Source: an uncultured archaeon
GTDB lineage: Archaea; Aenigmatarchaeota; Aenigmatarchaeia; PWEA01; JAGHBM01
Length of the DNA: 64,000 nt
NCBI GenBank assembly: GCA_964584335.1
Contig: CAZOZN010000002.1
Coordinates: 66,974-130,973, forward strand
Direction of reading: 5' to 3'
Position 1 is the first letter of the stretch, and each line of letters opens with the position of its first letter. Under the pieces are notes generated by a model, which searched no databases, was not told where the DNA came from, and saw only the letters and a list, made by a program, of their open reading frames with translations. The translations under genes were made by a program, and so were the position numbers. Positions 56,501-64,000 of this stretch are shown in pieces.

Positions 56501-59200
56501 ATGGATAAAAAAGATTTGATTAAGATACTACAGAAAAAACCAAATAAGTACTGGTACCTAGATTTTTTTAAAGAAACAGGATTTAAAAGGAAAAAATGCA
56601 GAAACTGTGGTAAGTTTTTTTGGACTCAGACAGAACAGGAATTATGTAATGATTCTTCATGCAGGCCTTATGAATTCATTGGAAATCCTCTTACAAAAAA
56701 CGAGCACGACTTCTTTTCTATGTGGAAAAAAATAAAAAATTTTTTTGAAGAGCAAAATCATAAAATACATCCAAGATACCCTGTATTGAGTAGATGGTTT
56801 TCCGATTTGAATTTTACGATAGCAGGGGTGGTCGATTTTTATAGAAAAGATGGTAGCGACTTTGTATTTGAGCTTCCCGCAAACCCAGTAGTGATTCTTC
56901 AGCCTTCTTTAAGGTTCAACGACATTCCTCAGGTAGGGGTTAGCGGGAGACATTGGACCTGCCACACTCACCTGGAACAAGCATCGCTTGCTGATGAAAA
57001 GAACGGTTATTGGAAAGAAAAGTGTATTGAACTCGACTACAGAATGTTAACTGAAGTTATGGGAATAAAAAAAGATAAAATAAATTTTATTGAAGACGCC
57101 TGGCTTGGTCCGGGAGCATTCGGATATTCGCTTGAATATCATGTGGGTGGTTTAGAACTGGGAAATGCTGTTTTCACAGAATTCAAGGGTAATCCCCAAA
57201 ATTACAAGGTAATGGATAACAGACTAATAGACATGGGTGCTGGTTTTGACAGGTTTGTCTGGATATCCCAAGGTACCCCGACCAATTACGATGCAGTTCT
57301 TGGAAAAGTTTTAGACAAGATGAAAAAGAAATCAGGTGTTTATTATGATAAAAAACTATTCGAAAAGTACTCTAAATTGGCCGGCGTTCTTAATTTGGAC
57401 GAAAATTTAGATATAGAAAAAGAAAAAACAAAAATAGCTAACTCCCTTGGTGTAGAAAAAAATTACATGATAGAAAAAATAGAGCCTATACAAGCTTTAT
57501 ATGCCGTTGCAGACCATGCAAAGGCCCTTCTTTATGCAATATCTGACGGGGGAATTCCAAGTAATATAGGAGGAGGTTATAATTTAAGAGTTATACTGAG
57601 AAGAGCACTGAGTTTCATAGAAAACTACAATCTTTCTATTGATATTGAATGGGTAGCTAAAGAGATAGCAAATTATTTCAAACCTGTTCATCCAGAGTTA
57701 AAAGAAAAATTAGAACATTTCAACAATGTAATGGAAGTTGAAAAAAGAAAATACAGGGAAAGCTCAAAAAATACAAAAAAAATATTGAATAAAATGATTG
57801 TAAGAAAAGAAAAAATAACAGAAGAAAAAATGATTGAACTTTACGATTCAAGAGGTATAACACCAGAAAATCTCAAAGAGGCTGCAAGAAAACAAAACGT
57901 AAAAATAGATGTTCCTTCAAACATATATCAAAAAGTTACTGAAAAGCATGAAAAAGAGAAAAAAACAGAAAAGAAATACCCAATAGATGAAAAAGAAGTC
58001 GAAAAAATCGGAGAAACTCCTGTTCTATTTTACGAAGATGTATACGAATTTGAGGCAAAAGTGTTGAAAGTTATAGATGATTTTGTGGTTTTGGATAAGA
58101 CAGGGTTTTATCCGAGGTCAGGAGGCCAAGAAACAGACATAGGCTTTATAGAAGATAAAGAAGTTCATAATGTCGAAAAAGTAAACAAGACCATAATACA
58201 TCAAGTTAAAAATCCGGACTTCAAAGCCGGTCAGACTGTAAGATGTAAAATAGACAAAAAAAGAAGAAGACAATTAATGCAACATCATACAACAACACAC
58301 ATAATAAACACTGCAGCAACCATTGTTCTTGGAAAGCACGTATGGCAGGGTGGTTCAAAGAAAGATGTAAACAAAGCACACCTAGACATAAGCCACTACA
58401 AAAACTTATCCGAAAGGGAGCTCTTAGAAATAGAAAAAAAAGCAAACGAATTAGTGAAAAAAAATTATAAAATAAAAAAAGAAGTTCTAGAAAGACCGGA
58501 AGCGGAAAAGAAATACGGTTTTAGAATATATCAGGGAGCAGCAGTCCCATCCAAAACACTCAGAATAATATCAATAGATGACCTAGAACATGAAGCATGC
58601 GGAGGTACTCATCTAAACACCACAAAAGAAGCAGGTAAAATATTGATATTAAAAACAGAAAAACCCCATGACGGAATAGTAAGAATAACTTATGTTTCAG
58701 GAGAAAGTGCGGAAAGATACCTAAAAAAATGCGAAAAAATAATTAAAAAGTTAGAAAAAATCCTAGAAACAAAAGAGGATAATATAGTAAAAGAATCTAA
58801 AAAACTTATATCCAAATGGAAAGAAAACAGAAAAAAAATTGATAAATTAAGAGAAGAAGTGGCCAAGAAAAAAACAGAAAAAATGAATTTTGAAAAAATA
58901 AAAAATTATAATTTACTGATAAAAGAATTCAAGAATACGGACAGAAAAGAACTGCAAAAAATATCCATGGAAATAACAGATAAAGACACAATAATATTTT
59001 TGTTTGGATTAAACAAAAAAATAGACATTTTTGCATCCGCCGGTAAAGATGTAAAAGAAAATATAGGAAAAATTGTAAAAGAGGTTTCACAAATTCTCGG
59101 TGGCAGGGGAGGAGGTTCTCCCAAACTTGGACAGGGTTTCGGAACAAATAAAAATAAAATGAAAGAAGCTAAGAAAAAAATAAGAGAAATGATAAAATGA
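56501..59200 (+). CDS. alaS: Alanyl-tRNA synthetase (archaeal type)
   Basis: GLELGN, DMGAG, editing HTTTH and ACGGTH, GGRGGG C-Ala domain. Confidence 0.96.
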   Translation: MDKKDLIKILQKKPNKYWYLDFFKETGFKRKKCRNCGKFFWTQTEQELCNDSSCRPYEFIGNPLTKNEHDFFSMWKKIKNFFEEQNHKIHPRYPVLSRWFSDLNFTIAGVVDFYRKDGSDFVFELPANPVVILQPSLRFNDIPQVGVSGRHWTCHTHLEQASLADEKNGYWKEKCIELDYRMLTEVMGIKKDKINFIEDAWLGPGAFGYSLEYHVGGLELGNAVFTEFKGNPQNYKVMDNRLIDMGAGFDRFVWISQGTPTNYDAVLGKVLDKMKKKSGVYYDKKLFEKYSKLAGVLNLDENLDIEKEKTKIANSLGVEKNYMIEKIEPIQALYAVADHAKALLYAISDGGIPSNIGGGYNLRVILRRALSFIENYNLSIDIEWVAKEIANYFKPVHPELKEKLEHFNNVMEVEKRKYRESSKNTKKILNKMIVRKEKITEEKMIELYDSRGITPENLKEAARKQNVKIDVPSNIYQKVTEKHEKEKKTEKKYPIDEKEVEKIGETPVLFYEDVYEFEAKVLKVIDDFVVLDKTGFYPRSGGQETDIGFIEDKEVHNVEKVNKTIIHQVKNPDFKAGQTVRCKIDKKRRRQLMQHHTTTHIINTAATIVLGKHVWQGGSKKDVNKAHLDISHYKNLSERELLEIEKKANELVKKNYKIKKEVLERPEAEKKYGFRIYQGAAVPSKTLRIISIDDLEHEACGGTHLNTTKEAGKILILKTEKPHDGIVRITYVSGESAERYLKKCEKIIKKLEKILETKEDNIVKESKKLISKWKENRKKIDKLREEVAKKKTEKMNFEKIKNYNLLIKEFKNTDRKELQKISMEITDKDTIIFLFGLNKKIDIFASAGKDVKENIGKIVKEVSQILGGRGGGSPKLGQGFGTNKNKMKEAKKKIREMIK

Positions 59201-59340
59201 AAGATAAAAAGATAAAAAAATTATCAGATATTCTAAACACTGATATAGATAATATAATTCCTAACATAAAAAAAATTAAAGAAGAAACTAAAAAACAAGA
59301 AAATAAAATAAAAGAAATTGAAAAAGAACTATCAGATTAA
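59197..59340 (+). CDS. 47-aa coiled-coil miniprotein resembling the AlaRS linker helix
   Basis: Manual ORF MKDKKIKKLSDILNTDIDNIIPNIKKIKEETKKQENKIKEIEKELSD; ATGA overlap with the alaS stop. Confidence 0.6.
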   Translation: MKDKKIKKLSDILNTDIDNIIPNIKKIKEETKKQENKIKEIEKELSD

Positions 59341-59516
59341 TCGTCCAATATCATATAACTAGAATTTCTTTGTCTTTTCTTTTCCTTTATCTTGCTATGA
59401 CATTTCTTGCATCTCATTACTGGCTTCAGATGTTCTTCACGGGGGTGTGTCACAAATCCAATGTTCTTAGAATTTAGAGATGTACCGCACATGTCGCATT
59501 TGAGTTTTATACCCAT
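59337..59516 (-). CDS. Small Zn-finger protein (59 aa)
   Basis: Manual ORF MGIKLKCDMC...RCKKCH...; GGTGTGG RBS-like motif upstream. Confidence 0.7.
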   Translation of the reverse strand: MGIKLKCDMCGTSLNSKNIGFVTHPREEHLKPVMRCKKCHSKIKEKKRQRNSSYMILDD

Positions 59517-59568
59517 TAAACCACACCAAAATATATCTATTTTAATACTTATAAATAAAAGCCTTTGG

Positions 59569-59919
59569 TTATTTTACTCTTATTTCCTTCCATTCAACCT
59601 TTTTGTTTTCAACAAGCTCTTTTATTTTTCTCTGAGAGGTATTTAATTTCGATTTACCTGTCTTAAACTCCAAAAAAACTACCTTGTCTTCATCAAAAAG
59701 TATACCATCTATAGGATTTCCTATAAACCTGAATTTACTTGGGTCGTAAGGAAATATTTTATTAATCCAAGGTATGTAATGTTCTAAAAATTTTCCGTGT
59801 CTTACAGAAATACTTTTTTTTCTTTTTTTCTCTATTAAATAAAGTTTTCTGTATTTCCTCGCAACAAAAAACAATATCCCAAATAAAAATAATAAAAACA
59901 ACCAATAAACTAAATCCAT
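59569..59919 (-). CDS. Membrane-anchored Holliday-junction-resolvase-like PD-(D/E)xK nuclease
   Basis: N-terminal TM, FRFIGNPID...FLEFKTG...Q. Confidence 0.82.
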   Translation of the reverse strand: MDLVYWLFLLFLFGILFFVARKYRKLYLIEKKRKKSISVRHGKFLEHYIPWINKIFPYDPSKFRFIGNPIDGILFDEDKVVFLEFKTGKSKLNTSQRKIKELVENKKVEWKEIRVK

Positions 59920-59921
59920 AA

Positions 59922-60389
59922 TCAAACACAAACACTTGGTTTTTCTTTAAAAGTTTCACATACCTTTACCTTAATTTCTTCATAATCATTATATCCTTCA
60001 ATTCTTAACGGAGCTTCCTTGTTTTTATTTCCTCTAACTAAAATAGTTGGTACATTTCTTACATTATACTCAGCAGAAAATGAGCCGTATCTATTTACAT
60101 CTATTTCCTCAACAAGAAGTTTATCACCCATCTCATCGTTTATTTTTTCTATTTCTCTAATCATGTTCAAAGAATCTGAATCTTCCTCTACATAAAAAAG
60201 GGTTAGTATGGTAACGTCTTCGTCAATAAAAACAAATCTCTGGTTATCCGATATTGGTTGAGTTAGTACATTTGAATCTTCTGCTGTATTCTGAGTTGGT
60301 GTGTCCAAAGTAAATGCGATTGAAACACCTGACATTATAAAAATAAAAGCTATAAAAATTGTACCCGCCTGCTTTCTGTCTATATTCAT
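59922..60389 (-). CDS. Membrane-anchored thioredoxin-fold protein without CxxC
   Basis: N-terminal TM; EEIDV...YNVRNVPTILV. Confidence 0.65.
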   Translation of the reverse strand: MNIDRKQAGTIFIAFIFIMSGVSIAFTLDTPTQNTAEDSNVLTQPISDNQRFVFIDEDVTILTLFYVEEDSDSLNMIREIEKINDEMGDKLLVEEIDVNRYGSFSAEYNVRNVPTILVRGNKNKEAPLRIEGYNDYEEIKVKVCETFKEKPSVCV

Positions 60390-60397
60390 GAAATCAC

Positions 60398-60730
60398 TCA
60401 ACAAGTCAGATGAAATATACCAAAAACCTTATTTTTGGCCTTCAGTTTATTAAATTCATCTATCATATTTTTCGTCTTTCCATCTATTAACTTTATGTTA
60501 TTTTTTGTAAGTATGCCTCTTATTTCATCTGGAATCTTAACCATGTTGTTAGTACCCCTGCCTATTATCAAAAAGTCGGGGTCGTTTATCAAAACTTTGT
60601 CCAATACATCATTTCCAATAAAATGACTTCCTTCCTTTTTTTCTACAGAATCGTTTGTAACAAAAACATCCTCGTTATACTCTTCGCCTTCTATTGTTAT
60701 AGAACCAAAAGAAAATTTATTTATCCTCAA
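60398..60730 (-). CDS. Mth938-like (DUF498) protein
   Basis: FGSITIEG, IIGRG, C-terminal HLTC. Confidence 0.85.
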   Translation of the reverse strand: MRINKFSFGSITIEGEEYNEDVFVTNDSVEKKEGSHFIGNDVLDKVLINDPDFLIIGRGTNNMVKIPDEIRGILTKNNIKLIDGKTKNMIDEFNKLKAKNKVFGIFHLTC

Positions 60731-60748
60731 AAAATCACCTTTTTGTTT

Positions 60749-60889
60749 TGGTAGCCCCGCCAGGATTCGAACCTGGGTCCGGAGGTCCAGGGCCTCCTAT
60801 CCTTGGCCATTATCCAAGTCAAAGAGCTTTCTCTTTCCCTAAAGGGTTTCTCTTTTGTAAAAGAGAAAAACTTTCTAGACTACGGGGCT
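60749..60889 (-). tRNA. tRNA-Gln(CUG) with D-loop intron (15/16)
   Basis: A1-U72 acceptor AGCCCCG/CGGGGCU, GGAGG/CCUCC stem, CCA; intron 60810-60874. Confidence 0.88.
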
Positions 60890-60965
60890 ATATTCTTTCC
60901 TTAGGGTAATTTGGTAATATACTTATAAATATGTTAATTTTTATACATAAGCTTCTAAAGCCTTG

Positions 60966-61022
60966 AAACTCACTAATTCGGCACTTTCGTCCTTCACGCA
61001 CGTGAGGTCATCTGGTGAACTC
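60966..61022 (-). ncRNA. Candidate small structured RNA upstream of tRNA-Gln
   Basis: GAGUUCAC/GUGAGUUU closing stem, CAGAUGA, internal hairpin, GAAA; TTTATAAA box upstream; GC-rich within AT-rich DNA. Confidence 0.45.
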
Positions 61023-61162
61023 TCACATTTTTGGGTGTTTTATAAATATATACTATAAAATATACTTTATAAAAGTTATTTAATAAAATATATATTAAAT
61101 TAGATATAATATTAAATATATAATAAAATAAATATATTAGTAAATATATTATTAAATATATA

Positions 61163-61627
61163 TTATTTACTTTTTATATTCGCTGTTTTATAAAGGGACC
61201 GCCATTCGTCAGATAGCTTTTTTAAGTGCGAAGAGAACGAAATAGAAGGTTTGAGGATAAGAAACCATCCCTTGCTCGGGTTAGAAATATTGGATTCTCT
61301 TCTTCTTTCTACCATGCCTACCTTTACAAGCTTAGGTATAACAATGTTATATACCGTTGAAACTGGCATATTTTGGACTTTCATGAAATTAGATAGCATT
61401 TTTTTATCAACACCCCCCGGGTTATTGAGCAAAAAATCCATAAGTTTCTTGGCATAATTATAGGATTTTTCTTGATAATCCACAGGGAATACGTGGTTAA
61501 TTATATCAGACAACTCCCACCTTATATCAGGATCTATAGTCTTCCATTTATCACCAAGAACAGAAGGATAATATAAAGACTCCTTAGATTTTAATCTTTT
61601 TTCGTTCGGTGGGTGTGGTTTTTTCAT
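61163..61627 (-). CDS. Winged-helix-like DNA-binding protein
   Basis: STVYNIVIPKLVKVGMVERRR wHTH pattern; GAGGTGA RBS. Confidence 0.7.
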   Translation of the reverse strand: MKKPHPPNEKRLKSKESLYYPSVLGDKWKTIDPDIRWELSDIINHVFPVDYQEKSYNYAKKLMDFLLNNPGGVDKKMLSNFMKVQNMPVSTVYNIVIPKLVKVGMVERRRESNISNPSKGWFLILKPSISFSSHLKKLSDEWRSLYKTANIKSK

Positions 61628-61796
61628 AAAATCACCTCAATAACGTTTTAATAGAAATAAGCATAGATGAATATAAAATAATTTCTATTGTTTAGTTATT
61701 GAGTAGTACTTTTTGCCCTAAAACATGGGGATAAAGTAACAAAAAAGATGTTTTTTAGGTATTAGGGTATGTTTTCATCATTGTAACGTTGTGAAG

Positions 61797-62186
61797 CTAC
61801 TTTTTTGTTGTCTTCTTTGTTTTGTTGTTTTCCTGTTTTTTTGGTGCCTTCTTTTTCTTATCTTTTTCACTATTTGCCCTTATAAATTTTCTGAGAAGAC
61901 CTTCGAACTCGTGGGCTATTTCCTCTCCGTTAGAAGTAAGTTTTATCATTTTTATCCTTCCTTTTTTCTTAAAATCAACCAACCCCAAATCCTTAAACTT
62001 TTCCAAAACTTTTATGGTGTGAGAATATGTACAATCTACGCCTTTAGAGACCTGTGTAGCGTATTTTGGGCCCATACCTTTTTTCAGAAAAACTAACATT
62101 TCAACTGGCTTAAATTTAAAGAATAAGTCTTCATACTGGTTCTTCTTTTCTTTCCTGGCAGACAGAGCCCTCACATTTTCACCCAT
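61797..62186 (-). CDS. MarR-like winged-helix transcription regulator
   Basis: YATQVSKGVDCTYSHTIKVL...GLV...GRIKMIKLTSNG. Confidence 0.8.
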   Translation of the reverse strand: MGENVRALSARKEKKNQYEDLFFKFKPVEMLVFLKKGMGPKYATQVSKGVDCTYSHTIKVLEKFKDLGLVDFKKKGRIKMIKLTSNGEEIAHEFEGLLRKFIRANSEKDKKKKAPKKQENNKTKKTTKK

Positions 62187-62339
62187 TATTATTTTGTTGT
62201 ATGAGTATTTATAGTTTAAAATATTCTTTTTAATATATATATAATATTATATACTAAACTAAATATATTTTATATAACATATTTAATATAATATATTTTT
62301 TGTTATATTTTTTTAATTATATATATTATAAAATATATT

Positions 62340-63371
62340 TTATTCCATTTTCCTCTCAAAAATTATTGCCGCTAAAACTATGAAAAAACCGAATACTATA
62401 TACATGAAAAGGCCAATCATTCCCATCTCAGGCATCAGTATTATTGAAGATGCTTCTGAGGAAACTAAAGCAACGCTAAATCCCATAGCAACCAGGGTAA
62501 CATATTTGAATATGTCTTTTGACTTAAGTTCAAGATTTATTATCTTTCCTACTATTCCTATAAGTGAGGATAAGAATAATACATAAACTGAACCCTTTAT
62601 GAAAGCTGCAGATAGCTCTAAAATATCGTCAGTAGGAATGGATAGAGTAAAATCATAACCCCATTTAATGCCTACCACGGCAACAGCTATAGAAACTATA
62701 TAGAAAAAAGAAGAAACCCTTTTCTTTGTAAGTGTAGTTCTTGTATCATTCAAAAATTTAACAATAGCATCCTCCAACTTAAATCCCTTTATAAGAAGAT
62801 AAAGACCAAGAAAACCCAATATGGCTCTCCAGCCAGCATCTCCGAATATAGAATAAAGAAGCAAAGCCAATGCAGGCACTCCTATAACAACCTTAGACAT
62901 TTTCGGGTTTTCTATAAAATCATGAAACATGTAGTACATTCCTTCAAGTCTCTCACTTTGCTTCATAACAACTCTCTTAAATGATATTATGTCGACTTTG
63001 CCCTGTATGATAGGCAAAATCTGTTCATCATCCAGACCGTCCGTAACAAGTATTACTTTTTTTGTCCCCGATTTTTTGATAACTTTCTTAAGCTGTTCGT
63101 TTATTTTCTCGTCAGATTTCAGCCCGAGTTTCTTATGGCCTGTTATTGTTGCTATGTACGGGTCTTTCTCTTTTTTTAAATCATCATAATTTCTAATTGC
63201 CTCAAAAATAGTGTTACTGTCCGAGTCCGTTGGGTCAGCAAGTGCAAGCTTATTCGCAACCTCAAGATTATTATCCCTCCCAACTATCGGACCCTTAAAG
63301 TTGGTTTTTTGGCCTATATCATCATCTCTATCAACGCAAAGAATGAGAATCTTATCTTTTTTCTTGGCCAA
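62340..63371 (-). CDS. DUF373-family membrane protein
   Basis: LCVDRDDDIG, DPTDSDSN, VTDG.DDE, KQSE motifs plus TM helices. Confidence 0.88.
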   Translation of the reverse strand: MAKKKDKILILCVDRDDDIGQKTNFKGPIVGRDNNLEVANKLALADPTDSDSNTIFEAIRNYDDLKKEKDPYIATITGHKKLGLKSDEKINEQLKKVIKKSGTKKVILVTDGLDDEQILPIIQGKVDIISFKRVVMKQSERLEGMYYMFHDFIENPKMSKVVIGVPALALLLYSIFGDAGWRAILGFLGLYLLIKGFKLEDAIVKFLNDTRTTLTKKRVSSFFYIVSIAVAVVGIKWGYDFTLSIPTDDILELSAAFIKGSVYVLFLSSLIGIVGKIINLELKSKDIFKYVTLVAMGFSVALVSSEASSIILMPEMGMIGLFMYIVFGFFIVLAAIIFERKME

Positions 63372-63511
63372 TCAAAACACCCCTACAATTTAATTAATTA
63401 AAAGAGAAATATAAAAAAGTGAGAGTTGATTATATCCAAAACATACAAAAAGAGGATTCTTTTGAAAGTATAAATAGAAAAAGAGTCATATAGACTTACG
63501 GAGGTGTTAAG

Positions 63512-63721
63512 ATGGGTGATTTGCCTTTAGCTCCGATGGAAAGAATATTAAAGAAAGCGGGAGCAAACAGAGTTAGTAAGGAAGCTTGTGTGGAATTTGC
63601 TTCTGTTCTTGAGGAAATAGCGTTTGAACTTGCAGCAGAAACCGGTTCTCTCGCAAAACACGCTGGAAGAAAGACGGTTTTAGCAAAAGACGTGAAGCTT
63701 GCAAAAAGAAAGGGTTTCTAG
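63512..63721 (+). CDS. Archaeal histone (HMf family)
   Basis: LPLAPMERI...RVS...AKHAGRKTV...DVKLA; GGAGGTG RBS. Confidence 0.95.
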   Translation: MGDLPLAPMERILKKAGANRVSKEACVEFASVLEEIAFELAAETGSLAKHAGRKTVLAKDVKLAKRKGF

Positions 63722-63754
63722 TTTTAATTCCCTAAATATTAAATTAGTGTTTTT

Positions 63755-64000
63755 ATGTATAACAACATCGAAGAAATAACAAAAAACATTGTAAAAAATA
63801 GCGATTTGAGTGAGTCAAAAATAGAAAAAATGATAGAAGAAAAAGAAGCGGAATTCTCTGGACTTATCTCCAAGGAAGGAGCTGCACATATAGTCGCAAA
63901 AGAACTTGGTGTCAATCTTCTGAAAAATGCAGAAAATAAAGAAATTAAGATAAAAGACTTGCTTCCGGGCATGAGTAACGTGACAATACTCGGAAAAGTA
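63755..64000 (+). CDS. Replication protein A-like OB-fold protein (partial)
   Basis: Manual ORF MYNNIEE...GLISKEGAAHIVAKELGV...IKIKDLLPGMSNVTILGKV, open at the window edge. Confidence 0.8.
   Translation, partial: MYNNIEEITKNIVKNSDLSESKIEKMIEEKEAEFSGLISKEGAAHIVAKELGVNLLKNAENKEIKIKDLLPGMSNVTILGKV

Noticed and set aside
61745-61785. Minus-strand AUGAUGA as another C/D RNA
   Set aside because: No matching CUGA box D or terminal stem found.

Overview
Low-GC, gene-dense archaeal chromosome segment, most likely from a DPANN-type lineage such as Aenigmarchaeota (inferred from gene content and protein style, not verified). It carries core information-processing genes: pelota, aIF-1A, Topo VI A/B, GlyRS, PheRS, LeuRS, AlaRS, ftsZ-secE-spt5-L11-L1-L10-L12, histone and RPA. 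It also holds a thermosome, a type IV pilus locus with three tandem major pilins, a 3063-aa surface protein, a small metabolic block (NUDIX, 2-oxoacid:ferredoxin oxidoreductase, PurH, GuaB) and a glycosyltransferase cluster. The most striking signal is in the RNA layer. All 7 tRNA genes found by hand are interrupted, with 12 bulge-helix-bulge (BHB)-type introns, 8 of them at non-canonical sites, and several introns share hairpin modules. A box C/D-type small RNA next to tRNA-Ala appears to contain its own BHB intron. The local splicing endonuclease has a basic loop insertion and lacks the usual catalytic Lys, and it is translationally coupled to a catalytically dead archaemetzincin. No CRISPR array, rRNA, transposase or integrase was seen. 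All RNA structures were folded by eye, so intron boundaries may be off by 1-2 nt.
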